From Octopus sinensis (taxonomy: Eukaryota), in NCBI RefSeq assembly GCF_006345805.1, contig NC_043006.1:21080001-21144000 (forward strand): a stretch of DNA of 64,000 nt, written 5' to 3'. The notes under the pieces are model-generated. The model was not told the origin of the DNA. It saw only the letters and a list, made by a program, of their open reading frames with translations, and searched no databases. The translations under genes were made by a program, and so were the position numbers. Positions 11,420-24,540 of this stretch are shown here, one piece after another. The stretch's first letter is position 1; each line of letters begins with the position of its first letter.

Positions 11420-11420
<1 letters not shown>
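10863..11420. mobile_element. About 560-bp non-coding element embedded in (AAT)n
   Basis: Complex sequence bounded on both sides by (AAT)n tracts (10819-10863, 11420-11555); no recognisable ORF. Confidence 0.5.
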
Positions 11421-11465
<45 letters not shown>

Positions 11466-11511
11466 TAATAATAATATAATAATAAAATAATAATAAATAA
11501 TAATAATAATA

Positions 11512-11555
<44 letters not shown>

Positions 11556-12281
11556 TTTTATTAATGATTGTTTTTGCTTTTGTCGCCCTGTTGGGGGTAT
11601 GCAACTAGTTTGCTCACGGGTTGTAATGGGATGTGGTTTAAGCATATTTTGGTAAATGTATTCTTTGATTCCTTGATGTGAAGAAGTGAGTGTTAAAGAC
11701 CAGTCTACAAATGATAGACCCAGCATTATTGCACTACTCTGTTTTATGTAAATCTATGTTGTGAAATGGGTGTAGAAGGGACCAGTAATTGTGGTTTAAT
11801 ATTTTAATATTGAAAACTGAGGCTGCCGAAGAGTATGTCATGAGTAAAGTTTTTACGACGGTTATGTGGATAGTACTTCCTTAACAGAGTGTCTAAAACA
11901 CTTGTGTTCCAACCAACGAGACGCAAGTTCTATGTCAGTCTCCTGCAGCTTAGAGTATGCTGAACACCTCTTGTTTACCATGAACTCGAGTCGACATAGG
12001 CTTTTTGTGTAAATGATAATTTCGGTACATAATAATTAGTTGCCATATGTTGATATCATATAACTTGACTGTTTCTCCATCCAAGGGAAATAAGTTACTT
12101 TGTACAAGAAACAGAAACTATTAACGTAACAATTACTAAGGCGTTACACTGGCAGATTTGGTAGAGCGTCGAAGGAAATGTTTCGTAAATTTTGTACCAA
12201 CTCTTTATATTTTGAGTTCAAATCCCGCCGTGGTCAACACTGCTCCGGAGTGTATAAAATGATGTTAAGTACTGGCGTCTG

Positions 12282-12715
12282 GGCTCTTTTCGGTTTGAAC
12301 AGCAGTTTTTAACATAATTTCTAGGTAATTAAAAAATTTTAAACTTCGTATACTGCTAGAATGTGTTTATAAAACATCTTTTTCTCTTGGCTTTATTGAG
12401 AAAATTCTATAGTTTGTAAGATATTTGTTGTTTTTTTTTTCTTCAATTTCTGCAATTTCAACCAATCAGTGACACTATTGAGGTAAAAAAACATTCTGTG
12501 CCGTATGAATATGTCCCTCGTTTAAGAAACAGATTGGGTTTATTTACATTTGTGAAGAAAAAGAGATACCCTTCCCCTAACCCTAACCCTAATCCTAACT
12601 AACCCTAACCCTAAAATAGATTGAAATGCAATAGATCGATACTAGGGTCATAATTATGGGTGACAATTTCATATGACACCGCGAGAAAAAACTGCCGTTC
12701 AAACCGAAAAGATCC
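12282..12715 (-). mobile_element. GG-TIR / (TTAGGG)n MITE, copy 2
   Basis: Reverse orientation of 1262-1702; exact 8-bp TSD ggcgtctg at 12274-12281 and 12716-12723. Confidence 0.9.
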
Positions 12716-12771
12716 GGCGTCTGTGCAATCGATTAATTCAATATTACTCTATCAATATTAGTGGCCTTGCG

Positions 12772-13290
12772 AAAAGACGGTGGGCTGGCTGAATCGTTAG
12801 CGTGTCAGGAAAATGCTTAGCGGCATTTTGTCCGTTTTAACGCTCTGAGTTCAAATACCACAGCTGTCGAATTTGCCTTTCTTTCTTTCGGGGTCCATAA
12901 GCTGAGTACCACTTGAGCACTGGGGTCGATGTAATTGACTTATCTTTTCCCCTAAAATTGCTGGCTTTGTGTCAAACATTGAAATCAATATTACTGGTCA
13001 TGTGCCTAAATTAGAAAAGGTTATTTAGGGCGATGGAATGGCAGAATCGTTAGAGCATCGAAAAGAAAACAATGTTTTGTGGTATTTGTTACGGCTGTTT
13101 ACGTTCTAAGTTCAAATCTCACCAAAACCTACTTTGCTTGTCTTTCTCTTTTTCAAGATTGCTGCCCTTGTGTGTATGTTAGAAACAATTACTAATAAGT
13201 ACTTCGTTATAGCAATCCTACGTAGATGCAAAGCAGAGTTCGGATCCCACCGATGTCAACTTTGCCTTTCATCCCTCCAGAATCGATAAA
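12772..13290 (+). mobile_element. Cluster of diverged SINE family B copies/fragments
   Basis: One near-full copy (12772-12992) and two fragments sharing gagttcaaat...gtcgactttgcctttcatcc. Confidence 0.7.
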
Positions 13291-13544
13291 TAAAGAATCT
13301 CCAACCTCAAATTTGAGTCCACACACAAGCACACACATTTATATTCAGGGTGTGCCATAATGATGGGACATATTTTAAATGCTATTATCATGGATTATAA
13401 AAATGACACGAAGTACCAAATATATCTATTACATAAATGTCTCATCATTATGGCCCATCTTGTATATATAAATTGAAACTGAAGCTAACCATCACTCACG
13501 AGCATGACTTGGTAATATGTATCATGTTTTCATTAATTGTTTAA

Positions 13545-13790
13545 GGATGCTTATCTAGCCGAGAGCTGATACAGCCACACACACTCAGTTCCGTCACCAT
13601 TAGCCCAGAGTGTGACATCTGAAGTGAGAGGTCTGCATCAACCTGCGGCGTGAACTCATTTACAACTACGTAGATAGACTAGTGCAATATGAATGAAGTG
13701 TCTTGATTAAGGACAAAAATTACGCCGCCCGGTCCAAAAATTGAACTAATGATCTTATAATCACGAGTCAAACAACTCTAGTCCACTCAC
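13545..13790 (-). mobile_element. Old CORE-type tRNA SINE (family D-like)
   Basis: Resembles the reverse complement of 35464-35600 (tgaagtgtcttgattaaggac...cccggtcc...aattgaact). Confidence 0.55.
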
Positions 13791-13802
13791 TTTCATCTGA
13801 GT

Positions 13803-14466
13803 CAAAGGTTTTCAACCAGGGTCCGTATGGCCCTTGGAGGTCCATATAGGTTTTTATTGTAAAAATGTATCTACAATAAATGGTTATATTTCAACAATAC
13901 ACAAAATATTTTTAAAATTATTTTTATACAATTCCCAATAATATTTAATTTAAAAATATAATATAGGCGTAGGAGTGGCTGTGTGGTAAGTAGCTAGCTT
14001 ACCAACCACATGGTTCCGGGTTCAGTCCCACTGCATGACATCTTGGGCAAGTGTCTTCTACTATAGCCTCGGGCCGACCTAAGCCTTGTGAGTGGATTTG
14101 GTAGACGGAAACTGAATGAAGCCCGTCGTATATATGTATATATATATATATGTGTGTATGTATGTATGTGTATGTTTGTGTGTCTGTGTTTGTCCCCCCA
14201 ACATCGCTTGACAACCGATGCTGGTGTGTTTACGTCCCCGTAACTTAACAGTTCGGCAAAAGAGACCGGTAGGATAAGTATTAGGCTTACAAAGAATAAG
14301 GTCAATTTGCTCGACTAAAGGCGGTGCTCCAGCATGACCACAGTCAAATGACTGAAACAAGTAAAAGAGTAAGAGTATACTTTTTAACTTCGAATGATTA
14401 AGAGGTTTCATTCAAGTAAAATAGGGGCCAAAGAGCCCCTTAAGTGAAAATGGTTGAGAAACACTG
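13803..14466 (+). mobile_element. hAT-type MITE interrupted by SINE A
   Basis: TIRs caaaggttttcaacc / ggttgagaaacactg; 8-bp TSD atctgagt/atctgtgt (7/8 match). Confidence 0.7.
13964..14376 (+). mobile_element. SINE family A nested in the hAT MITE
   Basis: Sequence match to family A. Confidence 0.9.
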
Positions 14467-14808
14467 ATCTGTGTTTATGAGAAATTTTCATTAACAGTTA
14501 CATGTGTATTATTTTAATCCGATGACGTAATTCTAATACGTCCATCGGATTAAACTATTACGTATATTCATCCCACACAGATTAATAATTAGTTTCACCG
14601 AATTCCAGGAAAGTGTTGAAATATATTTATTTTTAGAAAGACATTCATCCGCCGCACGATTTGGATTCAAGGAAGGCATGAGTATATTCTAGATCTGATG
14701 TATTGCCAATATGCTTTCTGGTTGTCTGTTGGGATGAATGGGTTAAGTGTCTATAGTGGATACACGAATCAAGAGTTCATATGGTGTCACCAGTTGTTTA
14801 TTTATTAA

Positions 14809-15191
14809 TCTCTCTCTATATAAACGGCAGTTTGTCTGTGCGTGTTTCTGTGTGTCTGTCAGGTTGTACCCTCACCCTGACCACGGCTTTCAACCGATTC
14901 TGATGAAACTTGACACACACATAGCCCAATGTCATAATTCAAAACTAACGCAGTGAAAATTTTGAAAAGTTCCCCCAGTTCTGAAAAAAATCGATAAATT
15001 CGACATGGGGTCGAGAATCAGGAACACAAACCACAAACTGTGTAGGGGACGCAACTCCACCTTTTTTAACTATCAAAAAAATTTACCATCATTTTCTTCC
15101 ATTTTTTTGCTGTCTTTTGGCTATAACTCTCTAAAAATGCTTTATAGTTATTTCCCTTACAAACCTGAGCAACGCCGAGCGATACTGCTAG
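14809..15191 (+). mobile_element. Non-autonomous Helitron, copy 1
   Basis: 5' TC, 3' CTAG, subterminal GC-rich gagcaacgccgagcg, inserted between A and T, no TSD. Confidence 0.85.
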
Positions 15192-16366
15192 TTGATTTAT
15201 ATATTTAATTTTTCAGATTTTTAGAGACATGTGTGAAGGCAATGATGCTCTGACTCATTTGCAGCGTTTCTGAGATTGGTAGATGAGAGAAGAGTTAAGT
15301 ATTCTCGAACTGGAAATCTTATCTGAATGCTTATCACAGAATGGACTCCTCTAAAATTACCCCCAGATGCCCGATTGTTATGTTAAACAAGGGAAGAGGT
15401 GAAGTTTACCACTGAAGTGAGCCATGGTAGTATTTTAACTCAGAACGCAAAGAGCCCGGAAAAAAATACATCTAGGCATCCGATCCGATCCGATACCACG
15501 CCAAACCAATGCTCTGGATTGGTTACTTTTCGTCGACTTTGAAAGGATGAAGGCAAATTTGATGACGGCGAGATTTGAACTGATAGCGTAGAGAGTCAGA
15601 ACGAATGCAGCAAAGCATTCTATCCAACGCTCTAATGATTCACCTGTGATTAACCTTGTGCTAACCATAGTCATCCCGTATTTTTCAGACACGGTGTACA
15701 TATAAGGACCACATAATTCAATGTATTCTTTCTTATTATAGGAAAGTAGTGTATGATACCGAGAGAATTCTGGTTACAGTTTCTAGTAGGTCGGGGCTTC
15801 AGTAATAACTTGTGATAAAAATATTTTTTGCTCAGAGATGGATTAGTCCGATTCACTGTAAACATATACTTTAATTAGTCTTCGCTTACTGCTACAACCA
15901 ATGTCTATAATTAGGGAGTGCTCTTTCGGCCTTTATTGCTGAGTTTAATCTTTCGCTTTACTTCAAACATTAAGAAATTAATAGAGTCACCAAGCGATCA
16001 ATATTTCCGTTTTTATATTGAAAGGGCTATTAATGCACCAAAAGCTGGACGTTTGTGAGGATGAGATACGCGGTTATAATAACATAGTAGTTCCCAGCAG
16101 AGTTATTTTCGAGATTGTTTTCGGTGGCATATAAAGCATTGGATGTGAGTGAGCAGTCACCTGCCTCAATAAATCACCAACTTCATAAAAAAGTAGAGAA
16201 CATGGAGCATAAAAATAGTAAGAACAATTCTAACAGCAACAACTAAAAGAATCAACTCTGTTGGTTAGGAAATTAAATTGACGCATCAGAAGTCTTGTTT
16301 TTTGTGCATATCCGACGTGCAAGAAAAAATGTTAAAGTTGTATGGTTAATTCCTACTCACACTGAT

Positions 16367-16506
<140 letters not shown>

Positions 16507-16620
16507 CATACATAGTTATATACATATACATACATACCTTCATACCAACTTCCATATATATATACATATATATGGGAGTTGCCCATATATATTATATATA
16601 ATATGGGCAACTCCCATATA

Positions 16621-17003
16621 TCTCTCTCTATATAAACGGCAGTTTGTCTGTGCGTGTTTCTGTGTGTCTGTTTGCTTGTACCCTCACCCTGACCACGGCT
16701 TTCAACCGATTCTGATGAAACTTGACACACACATAGCCCAATGTCATAATTCAAAACTAACGCAGCGAAAATTTTGAAAAGTTCCCCCAGTTCTGAAAAA
16801 AATCGATAAATTCGACATGGGGTCGAGAATCAGAAACACAAACCGCAAACTGTCATGGGGACGCAACTCCACCTTTTTAAACTAAAAAAAAAATTTACCA
16901 TCATTTTTTTCCATTTTTTTGCTATTTTTTGGCTATAACTCTCTAAAAATGCTTTATAGTTATTTCCCTTACAAACCTGAGCAACGCCGGGCGATACTGC
17001 TAG
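16621..17003 (+). mobile_element. Non-autonomous Helitron, copy 2, inside a palindrome
   Basis: Near-identical to 14809-15191 and of the same length; TC...CTAG ends. Confidence 0.85.
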
Positions 17004-17209
17004 TATGTATATATATATGGGAGTTGGTACGAAGGTATGTATGTATATGTATATAACTATGTATGCACACATACACACATATCAGAAAATGAGATGACAA
17101 AAGAATAAGCAATTATCTTATCGACCTTATTAGCTTACAGCTGTTTCTGCGACAGGATGCAGTGAACTCGTAGTTGGGTGCCTGAGTAACACCATATAGA
17201 GCCTCAAAC

Positions 17210-17257
<48 letters not shown>

Positions 17258-17263
17258 GTGTGT

Positions 17264-17562
17264 GTGGAGGCGCAATGGCCCAGCGGTTAGGGCAGCAGAT
17301 TCGTGGTCGTAGCATCGCGGTTTCGATTCCCAGACCGGGCGTGGTGAGTGTTTATTGAGCGAAAACACCTAAAAACTTCACGAGGCTCCGGCAGGGGGTG
17401 GTGGCGATCTCTGCTGTACTCTTTCGCCACAACTTTTACTCTTTCTTCTATTGGCCTGCTCGCTTAGCCAGCGGGGTGGCGGCATTTGAAGGCTAAAACA
17501 ATGCGAAGCGCATTGTGACCAGCGATGTGTAGCAACATCTGATAGCCTGGTCGTCACGGTGA
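17264..17562 (+). mobile_element. SINE family C head with tail 3 (RTE-derived)
   Basis: Family C head; final about 44 bp shared with the RTE 3' end at 48989-49032. Confidence 0.85.
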
Positions 17563-17584
17563 GATATATATATATATGATTTGA

Positions 17585-18630
17585 TTTGGTCTAGTTTCAG
17601 CTCATGAGCTGTCTCCATCCTGGGGCACTGCCATTTGGTGTTGCTATATAATTTTCACTAATTCTTTTTAGAAATTAACATTTGGTGCATGAGGGAGTTT
17701 GATGCTGCTGCCCTCATCTGCATCTCTTCCTGTGAAGTTGCTTCATCTGGGACAATTCACAATAAGAGGTCTAGTTTCGTTTTGAAAACACTTACATCTA
17801 CCCCTTGCAGGTCTCTCAGGTCCTTCGGGAGGATAATGGAGATCTGTGGTATTTTAAAATATGTTGCAATATCTTGTCCTATATCTTGATGACAAATTTG
17901 GGGTCTATGGCACTATGCTGTTCTAGCATTGGTGTAACTCTCGATGCCAAAGTTTGGGACAAGTCCCTCTTAGATTTTCCAGATTTATATCATGGCATAT
18001 CTTTCTCGCCTACGCTTTAAGAAATAGAGTTTTAACCTCTGGAGTTTTTCTCGGTAACTTATAGTAGTATTAGCTCCTACACGCATTTTTTTCTCTCTTT
18101 GTTTCTCTCCTTGTTTGTTTTCTGTGTATCTTTCTGTCGAAGAGCGTAGGCTCGAAACGTAAAAGACTTGTTCTATTTCTATTCCTGAGCGCCATACTAA
18201 TACATTTGTTTGTACTTCACCTGCCTTCGTCTTTTGTTTATTTTCGTAAACCTTCCCGTTATATAAGCTGCATAGCAGCTATCTTTTTCGTGTAGCTTCG
18301 TTGGATTGCCTCAAGCTGTGCAATTAATTTCACATTGGTTGGTGACCATAGCTGAGAGCAATAGTATATAGATGTATGTATGTATGTATGTATGTATGTA
18401 TGTATGTATGTATGTATGTATGTATGTATGTATGTATGTATGTATGTATATATATATACATATATATGCATATATATACATACATATATATATATGCATA
18501 TATATACATGTACACACACACACATACACATATATATACAGTGTGTGGGAGAACGCGGTGTAAGCGTGGTATAGAAGTCCACAGAATAGTGTTCAGATAG
18601 ATAAGAACAAAATCCATTCCTTCATCCATG
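17585..18630 (-). pseudogene. CR1/L2-type LINE ORF2 3' fragment, interrupted by a PLE-derived insert and (TACA)n
   Basis: Translates YYCSQLWSP...LEAIQRSYTKKI, RRRERYAMI.IWKI.EGLVPN, ILPKDLRDLQGVDVSVFKTKLDLLL.IVPDE..RAAASNSL. Confidence 0.8.
18020..18262 (+). mobile_element. Short PLE-terminus-like element with minimal hammerhead-like motif, copy 1
   Basis: Motif at 18129-18166; related copies at 24120-24320 and 43535-43850; each ends at TA repeats. Confidence 0.7.
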
Positions 18631-18644
18631 GATAGTCCCTCCGG

Positions 18645-18915
18645 CCTTGAAAATTAGCTATAATAACGATCGTCATGATCCTGTATTTCTGTGGGAGAAA
18701 TTTAAAGGAGACCTTTCTGAAGGCTTCAGACACCATGGACAACTGCTGCTTCCTGGCTTGGAGGTAGGTTTTAGCGATGAATTCTACAACAGAGCTCTCA
18801 TTGACATTGAAGATAGAATTTTATATGCCGGCGGAAATGAACTGCCATCTTATGGGCTAGTAAATGTCCACCGAACGGGCCCACACACGCTTCCAACAGG
18901 CATAATTCAGGAACA
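18645..18915 (+). pseudogene. Helitron RepHel fragment (linker region before the Pif1 helicase), inverted
   Basis: PVFLWEKFKGDLSEGF...FYNRALIDIEDRILYAGGNELPSYGL. Confidence 0.7.
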
Positions 18916-18920
18916 ATGGC

Positions 18921-19630
18921 GCATGGTGTCCTCTGTGTGTTCGTGCTTGTAGCAAGGACTTGTTGTAAACGTTGGAGTAAGTATGTATATTTTTCAATGG
19001 TTTTTGGGAGCGACGTCATTGTTAATGCCATCTCGAAGGTGAATATAGCTCTCCGAACGCAAGTGCTTTTGGTTTTGCTTAATGTAGCACTATCTGTCAG
19101 ACTCCATTTTCGCGAACATGTCCACAGCAAATTGATGGAAAAGGTCTCTTGCACGGTGGAAGTGACTGAAGCAGCCATCGCGGACCATGAAATTGTAAGC
19201 GTAGAATTGCTTGCAGGAGACAGTTTTGTTGTCACACAAAAGAATTCCAAAGTGATATCGATTAGCGCCATCTGAATAAAGAAGGGAGTATTGCACTGCG
19301 TCATATGACCTGTGGGTCTCACCGATCTGTTGCAGGGTCTTGTCCCTAAACTGAAAGATAATGTCTCATTTGTTGTGGTGTTCTCCATGAAGAACCACAG
19401 CAATTTCATTGCATGTGGGTGCCTTAAAGTGACCTGCATAGGAGCCAGGTAGGTTGCTTCTTGTCATTGTCAATGACAACAGCAAAGTTTGGTGCAGGGG
19501 CGGCTTCCAATGCGTATTTGAAGCTGCAAACATAGCAGTTGTCTTCGTCCAATATCTTTTGAAGTTTCTGCAGGCTGTCCATATTTGAGCCAGGTGAAAT
19601 TGAAGCACGGCTTTCTGCTTGGTCCATGTA
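18921..19630 (-). pseudogene. Helitron RepHel N-terminal (Helitron_like_N) fragment, frameshifted
   Basis: LQKILDEDNCYVCSFKYA, FKAPTCNEIAVVL, MQYSLLYSDG..YHFGI...VSCKQFYAYNFMVRDG...ARDLFHQFAVDMFAKMESDR, PTFTTSPCYKHEHTEDTM. Confidence 0.9.
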
Positions 19631-21208
19631 GTCGCCAACGAAGTAGAGTGGTAAGAAAAGTGAACCTACTGAACACTTTATTTAAAAAAAGGTAGAAGCA
19701 GGGACAGACAATTACCGCCAAAACTAACGCCATCACCACCACTGCTGCTGCCACCACTACCGCCTCCACCGTCACAACAACAACAATAACAATAACAACA
19801 CCAACAACATCAACAACAATAACAGTAACAACAACAATATGGCATTTCTCTGTACATTTACGCTGAGAAGCTCAGAAACTTGTTTCCCTTCACCACTACC
19901 AAAAAAACAAAAAAACAAAAAACAAACATATAACACAGGAATGAACTAAGTGGACGTCTGAAACCTTAGATTCTGAAGTGACCACAGACAACACAAAAGT
20001 TACTCAATAGCTTATATTGTAGAACAGTTGAGTAAAAGGAAGAGAGATCAAGTGGGTGAATCAAATAACCTGACGCCCTAAACTCTAGTTTCTCAGTACC
20101 AAGCCAAACAACTCTTAAAAGGCTGGAGTGCAATACTCAAACCAACCGACAAACCATCGATTTTGGGTGCTCGGCATCTAGAATGTTGCCAAGCACTTAC
20201 AGCGCGTCACCAACTGGACAATACACCGTCGGTGGAAAAATAACGCTCACATCTGTAAAGAGTTAGTGGATAGTATATGCGACGATTGCTTGAGAGCTCT
20301 GGGCGTCGACGAAAACAATTCTAGCAATCTCTTCTGCGTGTGTGTATCTCTGTACGTGTGTATCGTGCGTTACAAAAGTTGGGGCTGGCATTATTATATA
20401 ACAGTTTCATGATATCATATCTGTCTATTCACAGACGTCCACATCTAATATATTCCAACTACGAAACAAGATAACAGGAAGTTACAGCTGTAAATCAAAA
20501 CATAATGAAATAGTGTATAGAGACAACTATTAAAACACACACACACACACACACACGGATACACACACATACACACATACATGTACGCGCGCACAAACAC
20601 ACACAAAATAGCTGATAAATATTACAATCAAATTCAATCAAATACAACAAAACAAAAGAGATTAAGTCTTCCATAATAGCTAGGCTGTACAACAAAGAAA
20701 TCGCTACGCGATCGTTGGATCTGACACAAATAGCAGCCAAACCATTCTCAAATTTCTGTCTAATCTCTCTTTAAAGAGATTAAACAGATCGGATGATGGA
20801 TAATGTAGTCTTTGACACACTGTGTCTAGGCTTAGGCTGGAGAGCCTCTAAAAATAATAGGTTTGTTTGATTATGAGAGGGGGGGTAAGGGGTTGACTTG
20901 ATCTGAACAACAATGCGACAACGATGACAACGACGACGACGACGACGACGACGACGACACGGCATTCATTACATTTCTGACGCTTTAGGAGAATAAATGA
21001 AAATTACATACGTACAGAATTATCTTAGCAGCACTCCGGATTATAACGCAGTCATTTTAACAGGAAATCTCCCTCAAGCGCAATCAATAGAGTTTATTGT
21101 AATTGTTTGCACATATGATAGTCGCTGATTGCATAATTTGTCACTGTTATCAGTGTGACCTTAAATGACTGTTAGTGAATAATTTATGTTGCACCTCTTT
21201 GCCCAAAC

Positions 21209-21430
21209 GTGTGTGTGTTTGTGTGTCTGTGTTTGTACCCCTAGCATTGCTTGACAACCGATGTTGGTGTGTTTACGTCCCCGTCACCTAGCGGTTCGGC
21301 AAAAGAGACCGATAGAATAAGTACTGGGCTTACAAAGAATAAGTCCCGGGGTCGATTTGCTCGACTAAAAGTGGTGCTCCAGCATGGCCGCAGTCAAATG
21401 ACTGAAACATGTAAAAGAGTAAAAAGAGTA
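21209..21430 (+). mobile_element. SINE family A, 3' half
   Basis: Starts at the internal TG tract; matches the family A tail. Confidence 0.85.
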
Positions 21431-21471
21431 AAAAAAAAACACATTGATACACTCTTTACTTCGCTTTTAAT

Positions 21472-21703
21472 ATTTCTTTACTACCCACAAGGGGCTAAAC
21501 ATAGAGGGGACAAACAAGGACAGACAAAGGGATTAAGTTAATTATATCGACCCCAGTGCGAAACTGGTACTTTATTTATCGACCCCCAAAGAATGAAAGC
21601 AAAGTCGACCTCGTCGGAATTTGCACTCAGAACGTAACGACAGACGAAATACCACAAAGCATTTCGCCCGGCGCGCTATCGTTTCTGCCCGCTCACCGCC
21701 TTT
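21472..21703 (-). mobile_element. SINE family B (tail 1)
   Basis: Full copy; flanked by an about 13-bp gcttttaatatt-type duplication. Confidence 0.85.
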
Positions 21704-22408
21704 AACTTTGCTTTTAATATTGAGCCTCTACCTGCATATGAACCACAGAGACGCCATCATGATACACAGTACATATCTGGAGCATTTTAGACGTGGCGGA
21801 GCCCATCCTTCTCGAAGTCTTCCAGAAAGTGCGAGAAAAGTAAAGAGAGAGAAAGAGAGACAGAGAGGAGAGTTGGGTGGGAAGAAGGAGGAGGGAGGGA
21901 GGAAAGAGGAGAGAAGGAGAGTGAGGGAGCAGAGAGAAAGAGAGAAGAGGGAAAGAGAATAAGGGACAAGAGGGAAAGAGTGTAGGGGTGAAAAGATGTA
22001 GGAGTGAAGAGAAGTAGGAGTCGGGGAGGAGGTTAGATGAAGAGGGGAGGAGAGTTGAGCCCAAATGGCGTAAAAGAGCGAAGAGAGAAGATTAATTCCT
22101 GTTCACGGCGCAAACGAGAATTTAGAAAAAAAACACCTTTTATCAATTCAAAATGAACAATTACATTACGTCATATAGAAAATTACATATAATAGAAAAA
22201 TACAAAATAAAGTATATACGTTTTTATTATTTTGAAATTTACTTAATCATCGGTATATTATTGTTATTTTATTTTTTATATTTCCATTTATATTTAATTT
22301 TTACATGTTAAAAACTTAGTATACAACACATCAGTGAGGGCACAAGGTACAAAACTGGTAAGTGAGAGCACTAGGTACACAAATTCTGGATTCTCAATAC
22401 GTCTCGTG

Positions 22409-22779
22409 GGATCTTTGCGGTTTGACCGGCAGTTTTTTAACATAATTTCCACGTAACTAAACACTTTTAAACTTCGTATACTGGTAGAATGTGTTTATAA
22501 AGCATCTTTTTCTCTTGGCTTTATTGAGAAAATTCTATAGTTTGTAAGATATTTGTTGTTGTTTTTCTTCAATTTCTGCAATTTCAACCAATCAATGACA
22601 TCTATTGAGGTAAAAAAACATTCTGTGCCGTATGAATATGTCGCTCGTTTAAGAAACAGATTGGGTTCATTTACATTTGTGAAGAAAAAAAGATACCCTC
22701 CCTCACCCCTAACCCTAACTCTAACCCTAACCCTAAAACAGATTGAAATGCAATAGATCGATACTAGGGTCATAATCCC
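22409..22779 (-). mobile_element. GG-TIR / (TTAGGG)n MITE, copy 3, one TIR deleted
   Basis: Same body as 12282-12715; flanks gtctcgtg / gtttcgtg are TSD-like. Confidence 0.85.
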
Positions 22780-23932
22780 GTTTCGTGTTTTCCGTCTCAG
22801 ATTTTTAATTTGCCTTCAAATTTTACTTCCATTTGAATCGCTCTTAAATCTAAGAAATTCCTTATTTTAAAGGGTACCAATTAGAGATATCGTAACAAAA
22901 ATTGTTCTACGCATTAGTTTTGCGGTATTAACGCTGCTTGGATCCATGAAACGTTTATCATAGCTTATAGACTAAACATAATTTCAAAAGATTACTTAGT
23001 TTTTTTTGTGTATTTTTTCTGCATTCAGATATTCTGGTGCGAAAACGCAGTGAATGCGTTCATGAAAATTCAGTTATTTTCAACAATATTTCGAATTTCG
23101 AAAAAAAAATTCCGTGTTGATATTTATCGGGAAAAATTCGCAGACATTTTTAGACGAGTTGAAATATGAGTGTCACCATTATCAGTGTCATCTAAAAATT
23201 TCAATTGTTTTCATAAGGTGTAATATTTTCCGCCGGACTTTAGTACGCCAATCTTAAGACTACCTAGGTATAAGTATGTTTAAATATGTGTAGAACTCAC
23301 AGACGTACGCAAATATACATACCTATACATACATACATGCATATAGTCATACACACACACATATATATGTATGTGTGCGTATGTTTTAATACACTTATCT
23401 GCGTGTGTATATATATATACATACAGTTGCCGCCAAAATGTTCAGAACGGCATTGTTTTCGTCAGAAAAGTAAGTATAAGTTTTTATGAAAGTAGTTTTA
23501 TATTCTATAATTTTCACAGACAATAAATACAATAGTAATTGTTATTGTCTGAGATTTTGGTGTAATTTGAGAGGATAGTACAAAAGTTATGGATGATTTA
23601 GTGATTTACTGCAAAACCCATGGCGGCCAAAATGATCAGAACGGTTGCTTTTACTCCGTGTTTTAGTATATTTAACCGGCGAACTCTAATGATTTGAATT
23701 TGTTTACGTAACGGTTCGTTTACTAAACATTAGTAAGAATATTTGCAGTGTACTTTGTTAATATAATGCCACTTACTCCGTTACCAATTCGTCAGCAGAT
23801 TATTAAGCTTCGAAAGAAGGATAATTTAAGTATTGGATCTATTGCAAAGATTGTTAACAAGTGAAAAAGTGTTGATACAGATACACGCACACGTACACAC
23901 ACACTCAGAGGCACACTCACGTGTAACATATA

Positions 23933-24540
23933 AGCGCAGGCGTGGCTGTGTGGTAGGAAGTTTTCTTTCCTATCACATGGTTCCGAGTTCAGTCCCATTG
24001 CGTGATATTTGGATATGTGTCTTCTTCTGTAGCCCTGGGCCGATCAAAGCCTTGTGTGTGGATTTGGTTGACAGAAAATTGAAAGAAGCCCGTCACGTAT
24101 ATGATATATGTATATATGTTGAACCGCTGAACTCTCCACTGTTTTTTTTAAATCTCAGTTTTTTTTTTCACTCTCTATACATTTTTTCCCTCTTATTCTT
24201 CTCAGTCGAAGATCGTAGGCTCGAAACGTAAAAGACTTTTCCATTTTTCCCGATCGTCAAACTGCTTTTTGTTCCTACGCCTGTCTTCGTCTTTTGTTTT
24301 TCTGTAAATTTGAACTATATATGTATGTATATATGTGTCTTTGCATTTGTGTTTGTCCGCGCCAGTTTGACAGCCTGTGCTGATTTGTTTACGTCCCTAT
24401 AACTTAGCGGTTCGCTAAAACAGAGCGACAGAAAAAGTAACAGATTTAAAAATTAAGTACTGGGTTTGATTCGTCCGACTCAACCCAATCAAGAGAGAGT
24501 CCTAGCGAGGCCGCAGTCGAATGTCTGAAACAACCAAATG
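23933..24540 (+). mobile_element. Old SINE family A relative, split at its microsatellite by the PLE-terminus-like element (24120-24320)
   Basis: Head at 23933-24095, tail at 24330-24540; insert carries gaagatcgtaggctcgaaacgtaaaagac. Confidence 0.7.

Noticed and set aside
11800-12000. Possible GIY-YIG remnant on the minus strand (YSKLQETDIELASRWLEH)
   Set aside because: Only a loose motif resemblance, no other PLE landmarks
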